Below are positions 17,858 through 27,226 of a DNA stretch of 64,000 bases, piece by piece. The notes under the pieces are model-generated. The model saw only the letters and a program-made list of their open reading frames with translations. It was not told where the DNA came from and ran no database searches. The first letter of the stretch is position 1. Every line of letters starts with the position of its first letter. The DNA is from a virus. The position numbers and the translations under genes are program-made. Where the stretch lies: IMG/VR virus record IMGVR_UViG_3300025030_000045; one strand, 5' to 3'.

Positions 17858-18544
17858 ATGAACAGAATAAAGGTTAATCTGATAGCGCATTCTGACCCAA
17901 CGGCTGTCATCAATGCAATGGGCAAGCCGTATAAAAATGAAAAGGTCACAACGGAACTCATCAAGAGAATCTGTCTCGGTGAGAAGCTTGCAGAACGACA
18001 TGGTTCTGTTCTTGAACATATTACTCTAACATGGGAGGTTCTCGGTTCATCTCGTCTTGAACTCCAAGAACACATGCGACACCGCATTGCATCTCCGACC
18101 GTCGAGAGCACTCGTTATGTTCTTGATAAGATGATGCTGCAGTATGAAAATCGCGGTTGGGCATTTGCTCCGGTCAAAGATTACTTCGTGTTTCCTGACC
18201 TATCAAACACCGATTGGTCAGACGAGAAGAAGGCTAAGTTCGATGAGATGTATGCCGAGAAGTGTCGGGCTAATCTCGACAGCATTTATGCTTTCTTCAA
18301 AACATTTTACACCACGAAGAAAGATAACGACACGATCAAGTATGTCCTTCCTGAAAACCTCCGGACGAACTTCACATTTACTTTGAATTTTAGATCATTT
18401 ATCAACTTCATTCGGCTGCGCAACTCTTCAGCCGCACACTTTGAAATACGATACATAGCCAGATTGATGTTAGAAGAACTTAAACAGACATGGTTGTGGG
18501 AATTGATCGAAGATCAGTTTGACGAGGATCTTTGTCCCAAATAA
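17858..18544 (+). CDS. thyX: FAD-dependent thymidylate synthase ThyX
   Basis: HGSVLEH, QEHMRHRIASPTVESTRY (RHRx7S), LP..T, NFRSFINFIRLR, AHFEIR. Confidence 0.93.
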   Translation: MNRIKVNLIAHSDPTAVINAMGKPYKNEKVTTELIKRICLGEKLAERHGSVLEHITLTWEVLGSSRLELQEHMRHRIASPTVESTRYVLDKMMLQYENRGWAFAPVKDYFVFPDLSNTDWSDEKKAKFDEMYAEKCRANLDSIYAFFKTFYTTKKDNDTIKYVLPENLRTNFTFTLNFRSFINFIRLRNSSAAHFEIRYIARLMLEELKQTWLWELIEDQFDEDLCPK

Positions 18545-19409
18545 ACCACCCGACTGTGTTATGACCTTCCTGACTAATTCGAGTTGCTTTATCTGACAGA
18601 GAAATTTTACCTTTGTTTAAATTTGATTTTAGCATGGTCATAGATAGATTATTATTTTTCACAAAATCAGAAAAGCCATAGTGTACTATATGAAATTCTG
18701 AATTCGGGTCTATTAGATACCATGTTTTCTTTTTACCCGAATTCATTTTCATTTTATCACGACATTCCCCGGTTCTCTTTTTACCTTTGTTCGCGGCAGC
18801 AAGTTTCATTTTTGTTTCATCTGTATGATGTTTGCCGCTCATTGGGTTGTTGATTAACATCCTATTTCGCATATCATCAATTGCTCGCGGGTTCTCGTTT
18901 AGAAATTTCTTTCTACTGTCCGATTGTTTTATTTTTGTTTCTAAACTTCGGTGTTGGCCTCGACGTTTTTCAGCGGCAACTTTCCATGACTGTTTGTCAC
19001 GTAATGCGGTGGTACACTTGATTCTCTTAATGATGTCGTCTCTATTTGGATGATTGCTGATTGTGTCTCCACCATCGCCACCTTCGGTTATATTGAGGAG
19101 AGGACCATTATCACAAATTCTTCCTATATGTAATATCATAAATTTTTCATACTCTAGTGCAAGCTTTGATGAATTTCTATTTAATATGACCACATATGAA
19201 AGTGGGTCATATTTTTCTTTTATAATTTTCTTTATTTTTGCACGTTTCTTTGAATTTGGAAAACTGTCTACATATAGCGTATGATGTTTCCATCTGTTTG
19301 CCGTACCTTTACCAACGTAAAATGGTTCGAATAAAAATGACACATCAAGGCCATCATAATCGAATTTTCCCGGGCGTCTTGGGTCCACATAAACATAATT
19401 GTAATTCAT
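18480..19409 (-). mobile_element. Free-standing GIY-YIG homing endonuclease (Seg-like) with NUMOD3-type repeats
   Basis: YVYVD..PFYVGKG..R..H..E..LLNITEGGDG; NPMSGKHHTDETK; AAGGAG RBS; antisense to flanking genes. Confidence 0.85.
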
Positions 19410-19475
19410 AAAAACTCCTTTATTTTATTTATTTTCAACTTTTGAATTATCTTAAATTCTTGTGTAAATAATTAG

Positions 19476-19526
19476 TTGACATTGTTGGACATCTTTGTTA
19501 AAATAATACCAACAAAGATGTCCAAC
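19476..19526 (+). promoter_or_regulatory. sigma70-like promoter overlapped by 16-bp inverted repeat
   Basis: TTGACA-17bp-TAAAAT; GTTGGACATCTTTGTT (19484-19499) / AACAAAGATGTCCAAC (19511-19526). Confidence 0.75.
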
Positions 19527-19537
19527 CTTAACTAGGA

Positions 19538-19855
19538 GTGATCGTGATGGTACACGACTTCGGAACAAACAACGGATTTGATAAAGATCATTTGGTGCAC
19601 ATCGCTGTTACCATTATGATCGAAATCAGCAAAGCGGTCGAATCAAAAATCATCTCCAATGTCAGGTCTGACACAGGTATCATATGGACACTTGAAAACG
19701 GTGTCATCGTTGCATTTCCATTTCCTGACAACGGTGAACCAATTGATTTCTATGTCACCGATGAGATTAGTAATCTCGAGTGGCTTCTTTCATACACCGA
19801 CCATGCAAAGAACAACATGGAAGAACTCGTCGACATAATCAAAAAATTTGCATAG
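19538..19855 (+). CDS. Hypothetical protein
   Basis: AGGAG RBS. Confidence 0.65.
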   Translation: MIVMVHDFGTNNGFDKDHLVHIAVTIMIEISKAVESKIISNVRSDTGIIWTLENGVIVAFPFPDNGEPIDFYVTDEISNLEWLLSYTDHAKNNMEELVDIIKKFA

Positions 19856-19870
19856 GAGTACACTAAAGTT

Positions 19871-20125
19871 ATGTCAGAACAAAAACAGAAGTGCGGGTGC
19901 TCCCATTATATTCTGAAATGGTACGAGCAGTTAAGTGTTATCTTTTTAGTTTTTATGATGTTGGCCACGGCTCTTTACGGTGGTCTTGAAGCTAAAACTG
20001 CATATATAAGTATTAAATATTTTCTGTGTGCGGGTTGTATCTATGCAATTCTTATGTATTATCTTTTAGTACACCTGAAGACGAAGGACGTTTGTCTCGG
20101 GCATGAGGAAGAGGAATATTGGTAA
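19871..20125 (+). CDS. Small two-TM membrane protein
   Basis: AGGAG RBS; two hydrophobic segments. Confidence 0.65.
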   Translation: MSEQKQKCGCSHYILKWYEQLSVIFLVFMMLATALYGGLEAKTAYISIKYFLCAGCIYAILMYYLLVHLKTKDVCLGHEEEEYW

Positions 20126-20146
20126 GTACAGCAGGAGGTGATTCAT

Positions 20147-20188
20147 ATGAGAGTTTCATCGCACCGCCGACCCAATGGTGATGGGTAG
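20147..20188 (+). CDS. Candidate 13-aa micropeptide MRVSSHRRPNGDG
   Basis: Extended SD AGGAGGTGAT just upstream of ATG; followed by a terminator. Confidence 0.4.
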   Translation: MRVSSHRRPNGDG

Positions 20189-20216
20189 TTCAATTTAATT
20201 CGACACGATAATAAAC

Positions 20217-20248
20217 AAAAGGGCGACTCGTAAGGGTTCGCCCTTTTT
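20217..20248 (+). terminator. Intrinsic terminator at early/late boundary
   Basis: AAAAGGGCGA / TCGCCCTTTT stem with U-tract. Confidence 0.75.
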
Positions 20249-20261
20249 GCTTTTGAAAGAA

Positions 20262-20269
20262 TATAAATA
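20262..20269 (+). promoter_or_regulatory. T4-type late promoter TATAAATA
   Basis: Exact gp55 consensus, intergenic. Confidence 0.8.
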
Positions 20270-20303
20270 AAATAAACTCATTCAACATAGGAGTAACCAA
20301 CAT

Positions 20304-20945
20304 ATGCAAGAGGAACTCTTTCAATCATTCAAAAAATTCCGAGTTGGCCAAGTCAACGAAGATTATTATGACAGAGATGAAGAAGAATCAGAAGAGTCAA
20401 CAGCTCAGACTCTGAAGGAGGTCATCGAAATTATTCTTGAAGATGCTTCTGATGACGATGAACTTAGCTTCGGTTTGATTCTTATTGCTGAATATGCTGA
20501 TCGTTTACCGTCAGATGTTGCTGAAGAGATTCTTGACGAGCTTCTAGACTTCTATGATGTCTACGATGATGACGACGACGATGAGGGTGCTGATCTTGAT
20601 CATGATGAAATAGAATCGCTTCAAAGTGAAAGCATCTCAGAAGAGACCGATCGTAAGATGAAGAAGATGCGATTCATCAAGAACAAGCGTAAGCGTGAAC
20701 TTGGTAAACGAGCCGATTCCCTTGAGTTCAAACGTACATATAAGTTTGACACCAAGAAGAAAAAGTTTGTTCGTCGTGAAAAGAAAGTCTCTATGGCTAT
20801 CATCCGCAAGAAGCGTCGTGTCTTAAAGAAAATTGCTCGTAGATCATCGACCAAGATCAAAGCACAACGCACTAAGAGACGTTTGCAGCATGTCAAGGAC
20901 CCGTATGCTCATCCTGAACCACACAAAGCAGAGGGGAGCAAATAA
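20304..20945 (+). CDS. Late protein with acidic N-half and Lys/Arg-rich C-half (possible internal head protein)
   Basis: Poly-D/E stretches then a K/R-rich C-terminal region; late promoter. Confidence 0.7.
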   Translation: MQEELFQSFKKFRVGQVNEDYYDRDEEESEESTAQTLKEVIEIILEDASDDDELSFGLILIAEYADRLPSDVAEEILDELLDFYDVYDDDDDDEGADLDHDEIESLQSESISEETDRKMKKMRFIKNKRKRELGKRADSLEFKRTYKFDTKKKKFVRREKKVSMAIIRKKRRVLKKIARRSSTKIKAQRTKRRLQHVKDPYAHPEPHKAEGSK

Positions 20946-21172
20946 TGAAAAACTTTATCCAATATCTTGAAGAAAATGCCACATTCTCGAAGCTCGTCAA
21001 AGGTAAGTATTACCTATATGACACTTCAAAGAAAATCGTAACCGATGGTCCGTTCAACGCCGAAGACGATCCTAAGTTGATGAAGATTTTAACAAAGGCG
21101 TCTGACTCGGTCGTTCCTATTACAGCAGTTGATGCAGTGAAGGAAAGCGGCGGGAAATACAGCATTAAGTAA
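20945..21172 (+). CDS. Putative internal head protein with capsid-targeting-like N-terminus
   Basis: MKNFIQYLEE resembles the T4 internal protein targeting sequence MKTYQEFIAE. Confidence 0.55.
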   Translation: MKNFIQYLEENATFSKLVKGKYYLYDTSKKIVTDGPFNAEDDPKLMKILTKASDSVVPITAVDAVKESGGKYSIK

Positions 21173-21188
21173 AACCTAAAAACTACAC

Positions 21189-21238
21189 AAAAACCTCCAT
21201 TCGTTATAAATAGCTAAAACGAACGAATGGAGGTTTTT
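21189..21238 (+). promoter_or_regulatory. Late promoter (21205-21212) inside a 17-bp RBS-sequestering hairpin
   Basis: AAAAACCTCCATTCGTT / AACGAATGGAGGTTTTT; right arm contains the GGAGG RBS. Confidence 0.8.
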
Positions 21239-21239
21239 T

Positions 21240-22574
21240 ATGGCTTTTACAAGAACATACGACGACGTCATCTCTCTTACCAACTGCACCATCCTCAAGC
21301 AATTCATTGATACATTCTACAATCTCATCCCAGACCAATCGGTATTTTTCGGCGACGCAAATGCCATCCCTTCTCGATTAAAAATCTTCACGATCAAAAC
21401 ATCAAAAGATAATTACCTTGCTGCCATTCCGGCTCTCAAGTCGAAGTATGACGTGATAGCAGTTGGATCGGAGTATACGAATTTCTCTGTTGGTGATTTT
21501 AAGATTAAAATTTTGATTACACGGAAGACGAAGGCAATATCTTCGCAGGATGCGATGACAACGAAGAAGCAAGAAGAAGCTTCGCTGTTTGCAATCGAGA
21601 TGGGGCTGAAGAACATCCCATTTACAATAGACGACATCAAGCAAATTCATCCTGAGTGTTCATCCAGCTGGTACCAATGTTATATCCAACAGTCTCAGGC
21701 GATAAAGTCCTTTTGGGGACATTTTTCGGGTAAGTATGTTTTCAATCATACTGGTGGGTTCATGGATTTTATCTCTAACAAGGCCCGCGAACTTGGTTAC
21801 AGACAGAAGGATGCATGGAACCCAGCCGATGTTTGGATCATAAGGAAAGACGACGAGACTTTAATCAAGGCAACGATTGACGGCATGGAGAACATTGGTG
21901 AGCTCAACGATTATCTAATCACGCTATTGAATGAAAGAAAGCTTGTTGGTATTTCTCTAAAGAAGACCGGCCTCAATGCAAGAGTTGAGGTGTCAAACAT
22001 CATCAAGAATCAGCAGCATAAGAGTTTTAGTTTTGATCGAATGGTGTGTTCCTTTGAACTTGACTCTGTAAATAAATTGAAGACTGCACAGGGTATGTTC
22101 TTTATCGACGACTACCGATTACAGTGTCGCCAGTTTCCATTCAAGTCAAACTCAAATACACAGTTAGAAATTGCGAGTAGGAAGGCCGAGTCTCGTCTAG
22201 GCAAAGTTCCGAAAGATGGTGTACGGGCCGTTCTTGAACAACACAAATTTACCGTACCGACATGGAGAGTCATCCCAAAGGATAAGCCGGAATTTATGCG
22301 TGACGCCGATCATTGGCTCCGTATATTCAAGACAGTGAATATTGTCGCGGAGACAGGAATAACGAATGATGAATTTATTCCAACAATGCTTCAACTTTTT
22401 GACCACGACGAGCTGTACGTCATGTCCTATGTTAACTGTAAATTACAGGCACTAATGTATGCATATGCATTCGCATTCATATCGCCAGATTCACGCGATG
22501 ATGTGGCAACAAAACTTGTGTACCTTGCAAAAAAGGAAGACATAAATGCTGGGCCGTTCGTAAAGATTTATTGA
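21240..22574 (+). CDS. PD-(D/E)xK-like endonuclease, putative
   Basis: KKQEEAS, WNPADVWI, LVGISLKK motifs; regulated like homing endonuclease genes. Confidence 0.55.
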   Translation: MAFTRTYDDVISLTNCTILKQFIDTFYNLIPDQSVFFGDANAIPSRLKIFTIKTSKDNYLAAIPALKSKYDVIAVGSEYTNFSVGDFKIKILITRKTKAISSQDAMTTKKQEEASLFAIEMGLKNIPFTIDDIKQIHPECSSSWYQCYIQQSQAIKSFWGHFSGKYVFNHTGGFMDFISNKARELGYRQKDAWNPADVWIIRKDDETLIKATIDGMENIGELNDYLITLLNERKLVGISLKKTGLNARVEVSNIIKNQQHKSFSFDRMVCSFELDSVNKLKTAQGMFFIDDYRLQCRQFPFKSNSNTQLEIASRKAESRLGKVPKDGVRAVLEQHKFTVPTWRVIPKDKPEFMRDADHWLRIFKTVNIVAETGITNDEFIPTMLQLFDHDELYVMSYVNCKLQALMYAYAFAFISPDSRDDVATKLVYLAKKEDINAGPFVKIY

Positions 22575-22599
22575 CATTAACACCCCGTTGTGTTATAAT
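22571..22599 (+). promoter_or_regulatory. Consensus sigma70 promoter
   Basis: TTGACA-17bp-TATAAT with TG extension. Confidence 0.85.
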
Positions 22600-22637
22600 A
22601 CTTCACCAAGAATAAATTAACCAAGGAGCAAAATAAA

Positions 22638-23336
22638 ATGATATGTTGGAGTACTAACCTCGAAGGTGTCCTCAAGAACCCAGATTTTGATTGTCAGTTG
22701 TCCTGCTATGATCCGCATGATCCCGTAGAAGATTATTTTACCTACATCACGAAACATAGCTTCCCAAAAAATGTTAAGGTCGTCCACGCGCCGATCAAAC
22801 TAAATGTTAAAGATATACCAACATTTCTCGGTGTTGCGGTTCGTCATTGTAATGCCGTCAATGGTAAGATCGTGTTTCATCCAAATCGCCCGATTCTAAA
22901 TTACTTTGATAATGATTTCATCGGTACTCCCGAAACGAGAGCATTATTTTGTTTTGAGAATTTCCCGGCAAGCAACCGCAAACCTCTTAGAACGCCGCTT
23001 GACATTCTTGCATGGACAAAGGAACGTGGGTTCGGTATATGTTTTGACTATGCGCACGTTGAACCCGAGACAGAACAAATTTGGCGTTCTCCTGCATTCC
23101 TCAAGGATTATCTCCGTTATGTCGATGTCGTGCATTTCTCCGGCAATCGTCACACTCTTATGACAGCCGAGGATTGGACGGCATGGGATGATATAATTTT
23201 CAATGCGCCTAAGGCTGCAACCAATCCGCAATTTTATGTTCTTGAACACAAATCAAAGGAAGATAAAATAAAGGACGGTGATTTGCTTATGAAGAAGTTC
23301 ATCAAGCTTTCTCAGCGGGTAGGTAATAAAGTATGA
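22638..23336 (+). CDS. Xylose-isomerase/AP-endonuclease-2-like TIM barrel protein
   Basis: VHAP, VFHP, FENFP, ICFDYAH, VVHFS, VLEH metal-ligand pattern. Confidence 0.65.
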   Translation: MICWSTNLEGVLKNPDFDCQLSCYDPHDPVEDYFTYITKHSFPKNVKVVHAPIKLNVKDIPTFLGVAVRHCNAVNGKIVFHPNRPILNYFDNDFIGTPETRALFCFENFPASNRKPLRTPLDILAWTKERGFGICFDYAHVEPETEQIWRSPAFLKDYLRYVDVVHFSGNRHTLMTAEDWTAWDDIIFNAPKAATNPQFYVLEHKSKEDKIKDGDLLMKKFIKLSQRVGNKV

Positions 23337-23839
23337 GACAACCAATCACAATCATCATGGGAAAATTCTATCCACCGACGATGGCTCATGTAAGAATCGT
23401 CAAGAAGGCCGTGATAACACACTGGCTCCCGGTTTGTGTTGTTATCATAAAACCAAAACAAGAAGATCGTATTCCGTTTGAGATGACAAAGGAAATTTTC
23501 AGCGAATCACTTGATATTGCCCAAGTGAATGTTATGTTCATGGAACAGAAGAATGGCTTCATTGGAAACATTGTCGAAGCACTCAGAGAAATGAATTTTG
23601 AGCCAAAATTTCTCTACTGCGGCTCAGACAGAAAAGTAACTTATACAAGCCAGATAAATAGATATAAAGATCGGTTGAACCTAGACATAACATTGAAGGA
23701 AATTCCACGTAGGACGCGATGTATATCGGCGACCCGCGTAAGGAATGCCCTCAAGGAAAATGACATCAAAGAATTCAAAAGATGCATGCATAGGTCTCAA
23801 TGGAAAAAATTTGACGAATTGAAAAGGGTCATGGGATGA
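23333..23839 (+). CDS. Cytidylyltransferase-like (HIGH-family) nucleotidyltransferase
   Basis: GKFYPPTMAH, CGSDR, ISATRVRNAL. Confidence 0.8.
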   Translation: MRQPITIIMGKFYPPTMAHVRIVKKAVITHWLPVCVVIIKPKQEDRIPFEMTKEIFSESLDIAQVNVMFMEQKNGFIGNIVEALREMNFEPKFLYCGSDRKVTYTSQINRYKDRLNLDITLKEIPRRTRCISATRVRNALKENDIKEFKRCMHRSQWKKFDELKRVMG

Positions 23840-24120
23840 ATATTAAGGCCAAATTAGCGGGTCATTATAAAAGCAGGTTTAGAACAACCGCTATGATGGA
23901 CGATGATATTAAAAACATCAAAAGGTTAAATGCATTGTTTGCAAAGTTTGAGAAAAATGACAAGGAAATTTATGTCATGGAGATTCTCAATGTTTTGAAG
24001 ACGTTGAATAATATTCTTTATCTTGAAAGAATCATATTGATTATGTATGAGCTTATTGAGATTAAGTATCACCCAATGTTAGACTGCCTTATTCCAAGAG
24101 TGATAGGACGTGATATATGA
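23836..24120 (+). CDS. Conserved T4-like hypothetical protein
   Basis: DDIKNIKRL..ILNVLKTLNNI pattern recalled from T4-like phages. Confidence 0.55.
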   Translation: MNIKAKLAGHYKSRFRTTAMMDDDIKNIKRLNALFAKFEKNDKEIYVMEILNVLKTLNNILYLERIILIMYELIEIKYHPMLDCLIPRVIGRDI

Positions 24121-24632
24121 AGTATCTTTTCAATGAATCTATCGGTGATACCGTCATCGTCTATGCAGTACTGCGGCGACTAGTCAAACCTTGGATCGAG
24201 TGGCCGGCGTATACTGCTGGTATAATTGATGAAAACGGCAAAAAGATCAAGGACCCTGTTAGTTTGAAGGAACGAGAGGCTTGGACCGTTCTTGATCGGT
24301 TTACATACAACATGAAGAAGGTTCTGGAGAAGTTTGTTGGTGGAAGTAAACTTGGTGCATACCTAACAGCCGCATTTCTACTTAAGGAACAATTCAACGG
24401 TGTTATCACCAAACATTTGTTGGAGAATGTTTTTGCTGATGAATTATCAGAAATGACTTTGACAAAACAAAAGAATCTTCATTATATGATGAAGACATTC
24501 CCGTTGAATGTAATACAAGAAAACAAATGTTCTGCTGAGGAAACTATCAACAGTTATAACGAAGCCGTCGAGAAATTCATAAACGAAAACACTGCAGATG
24601 TTGCCGATTTATTTGATTACTCGGAGGATTAA
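24117..24632 (+). CDS. Conserved T4-like hypothetical protein
   Basis: KPW.EWPAY..GIIDENGK..AWT..DR...NMKK pattern recalled from T4-like phages. Confidence 0.65.
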   Translation: MKYLFNESIGDTVIVYAVLRRLVKPWIEWPAYTAGIIDENGKKIKDPVSLKEREAWTVLDRFTYNMKKVLEKFVGGSKLGAYLTAAFLLKEQFNGVITKHLLENVFADELSEMTLTKQKNLHYMMKTFPLNVIQENKCSAEETINSYNEAVEKFINENTADVADLFDYSED

Positions 24633-24923
24633 ATGTCAGATCACATTAAAGAAAATGATGCAGCGTCAATGGCACCAACTGATACTATAATCGGTACCCA
24701 ACGTCGTGCGATAAAACCTGATAGCGAATTCAATGGTCACCCATGTTTTAATATTGATTGCCCACATGAGTATACATCATTTAATAAAGGTGTAAAGGGT
24801 TTTCTCAGATGGTCACAGCATACGAAATCAGAAAAGGTTAGACAGTGGGCAAACACTAACCCAAACAAGAATTTCTATGTAACACATAATGATAACTATA
24901 CGATGATCAATCGTAAGAAGTAA
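24633..24923 (+). CDS. Hypothetical protein
   Basis: GGAGG RBS. Confidence 0.65.
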   Translation: MSDHIKENDAASMAPTDTIIGTQRRAIKPDSEFNGHPCFNIDCPHEYTSFNKGVKGFLRWSQHTKSEKVRQWANTNPNKNFYVTHNDNYTMINRKK

Positions 24924-24946
24924 ACAACACACAAGGAGTTTTAACC

Positions 24947-25150
24947 ATGATTACTACAGTTGACGGCGATATAATGACACTTGAACTCGAAGATCACGAT
25001 GCATTTCAAACATATCGTGCTGGGATCGAGGACAGACGGCAATGGCAGCGCCATCCGGAAACAAAAGAAATGGCTGATACGATTTCCAGCAATAATCGCA
25101 CCTCTAAAATTTTTGTTAAACACGGAGATTTTAATCGGAGGGTTCGATAA
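24947..25150 (+). CDS. Hypothetical protein, possible paralog of upstream gene
   Basis: AAGGAG RBS; shared G..W..H..V.H.D pattern. Confidence 0.6.
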   Translation: MITTVDGDIMTLELEDHDAFQTYRAGIEDRRQWQRHPETKEMADTISSNNRTSKIFVKHGDFNRRVR

Positions 25151-25165
25151 AGAAGAGAGTTATTA

Positions 25166-25909
25166 ATGAACGAATATAGATTCGCACCGTATAGTTTTTC
25201 AAAGATCGCTACACATATTGGTTGTCCAAGAAAATTTAAGTTCGTCTATATTGATAAAGTTCGCGTCAGTATAGACGAACGTTTTTTTGAAAAAGGCAAG
25301 TTCTATCACTGGTTGATAGAACACTTCCCAACACCCCCTCCTGATAAATTCACCTTTACCTTTGCATGCGAATCTGAGCAGAACGATTTCCTGGAGACAG
25401 TGAAGAGATTCATACAGACACCACATGTGAATGACCTGTTAAAAAAATATTCATTGCGTAGAGAATTACCTTTTTTCATATTGCCAGATTTTTCTATTGG
25501 CAAGCAAAGAGAGGGTTCTCTTTTCACGGGATACATTGACTATGTTGGTCAGGAAGAACCCGGATCAGTATTAGTCATCGATTGGAAGAGTAAGAAACAC
25601 GAGAAATTTCCTAACACAGAAGACCAACTCATGGCATATGCTCTGTGGATATTTCTTGCATCCCCGGATATCAATGTCATTGATGCCAGTTTCTATTATA
25701 TCGAGACACCCGAAGAAATCAAATATCGCTACACACGAGAAAATGATATGAATCGGTTGAAAGATTCGCTTATAAATAAAATACAAGTTATCGAAAATGA
25801 TTTTGAATTCCAAAGAAAAATAACCAAGAACTGTAATCGCTGTGAATATTTTAATCAGTGCGAACCGTTCAAAAACATGACGAAGAGGAGAATAACTAAA
25901 GATGAATAA
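25166..25909 (+). CDS. Cas4/RecB-like PD-(D/E)xK exonuclease
   Basis: YSFSK..CPRKF, GYIDYV, VIDWKS, QLMAY, CNRCEYFNQC Fe-S cysteines. Confidence 0.85.
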   Translation: MNEYRFAPYSFSKIATHIGCPRKFKFVYIDKVRVSIDERFFEKGKFYHWLIEHFPTPPPDKFTFTFACESEQNDFLETVKRFIQTPHVNDLLKKYSLRRELPFFILPDFSIGKQREGSLFTGYIDYVGQEEPGSVLVIDWKSKKHEKFPNTEDQLMAYALWIFLASPDINVIDASFYYIETPEEIKYRYTRENDMNRLKDSLINKIQVIENDFEFQRKITKNCNRCEYFNQCEPFKNMTKRRITKDE

Positions 25910-26423
25910 ATTTCAAGTAGTTGCACCAAACGGAATCGATGTTAACGTTAAGATTGGCAGTAAGCGAATCAATTACAAGCATGGTGATATCATCGAGGAA
26001 AAAGAGGGAGTCACTGACATCTATTTTGCAATTTTTCGACCCTGCCCGGCAAATTCGGTACTAACAACCCCGCCAATTCCAGAGTTTACATTTGAACTTG
26101 AAAGCGTAAAGGTTGAAGCAACACGATCATCATTTACATTAGCCGGTTTCGAAGAAACTAAAATTGATGAGCCGAGTGAAAACGAGGAAGAGGTTCCGGG
26201 TGAATCAACTGGAGATGCTGGACTTGATACTCTTGATGAAACGGAACCAGAGAATCTTGATGAATCCACTTTGAACGAGATTCCCGATGCAGCTGAAATC
26301 CTCGAAAAGGAAGTCGTGGAAGAGCTCTTGACAGAAGTTCCTACTGCTGAAGTTGTCATTGAAAAACCTGCTGGAGAGAAACCTTTAGTTGAGAAGAAGA
26401 AGGCCAAACCCGCGAAGAAATAA
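25902..26423 (+). CDS. Acidic hypothetical protein with basic C-terminal tail
   Basis: Glu-rich low complexity; TATAAATA at 25771-25778 upstream. Confidence 0.65.
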   Translation: MNKFQVVAPNGIDVNVKIGSKRINYKHGDIIEEKEGVTDIYFAIFRPCPANSVLTTPPIPEFTFELESVKVEATRSSFTLAGFEETKIDEPSENEEEVPGESTGDAGLDTLDETEPENLDESTLNEIPDAAEILEKEVVEELLTEVPTAEVVIEKPAGEKPLVEKKKAKPAKK

Positions 26424-26445
26424 TTTTTAAGACAGGAATTTGCCC

Positions 26446-27210
26446 ATGGCTTACAACGGAAGAATTATCAAAACTCGTCAAGACCTACGAGACTACATTT
26501 TAAGACAACTCGGTTTTCCGGTTGTCAACGTTGAACTTGATAGCACCCAACTTGAGGACTGCATAAATGATGCCATTTATGAATTCATTCCTTATGCATA
26601 CAGTGCAAGTGAGCAGAGATACTTTATACTTGAAGTTGCCCCGGGCGACAACTCCTTTGAGTTTGATTTTCCTGTCTTGGCGGTCACAAATGCAAAGGCT
26701 CAAAATTCAATCGAGAGTCCTTCGGCATCGGGGGACTTATTCACGATGAATCAATTCGTTGCTATTGATATTATGCGTGGTGGCATGGGAAAGATTGATT
26801 TATTAACATATGAATTGACCATGCAGATGGTTGAGACGATGAAGTTTTATTTTGATAGCGTTCTTGCATTTGACTATAACACAATCAGTAACACAATTCA
26901 TCTGTTTAATAAGTTCGATTACCCAACAAAGATAATGATCGAGTACTATCGTCCGATTGATATCACAGAAGATATTGACGAAGGTAAATTCACCGGCATA
27001 TATGATGTGAAATGGATCAAAGCATATGCCACCGCTCTATCACGACGGCAGTGGGCGTACAACATCATGAAGTATGAGGGATCAACACTCCCCCAGGGAC
27101 TGGCCCTGAACTCGTCTGGTTTGCTTGGGGAAGCAAAAGAAGCCATCGAAAAACTGATGGAACAACTACACACGGAATATGAGCTACCAATTGATTTCCA
27201 AATTGGTTAA
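26446..27210 (+). CDS. 13: Neck protein gp13
   Basis: TRQDLRDYILRQLGFPVVNVEL..QLEDCI; WIKAYATAL..QW..N..KY..LP.G..LN. Confidence 0.9.
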   Translation: MAYNGRIIKTRQDLRDYILRQLGFPVVNVELDSTQLEDCINDAIYEFIPYAYSASEQRYFILEVAPGDNSFEFDFPVLAVTNAKAQNSIESPSASGDLFTMNQFVAIDIMRGGMGKIDLLTYELTMQMVETMKFYFDSVLAFDYNTISNTIHLFNKFDYPTKIMIEYYRPIDITEDIDEGKFTGIYDVKWIKAYATALSRRQWAYNIMKYEGSTLPQGLALNSSGLLGEAKEAIEKLMEQLHTEYELPIDFQIG

Positions 27211-27226
27211 GAAATTTATAGGCAAT

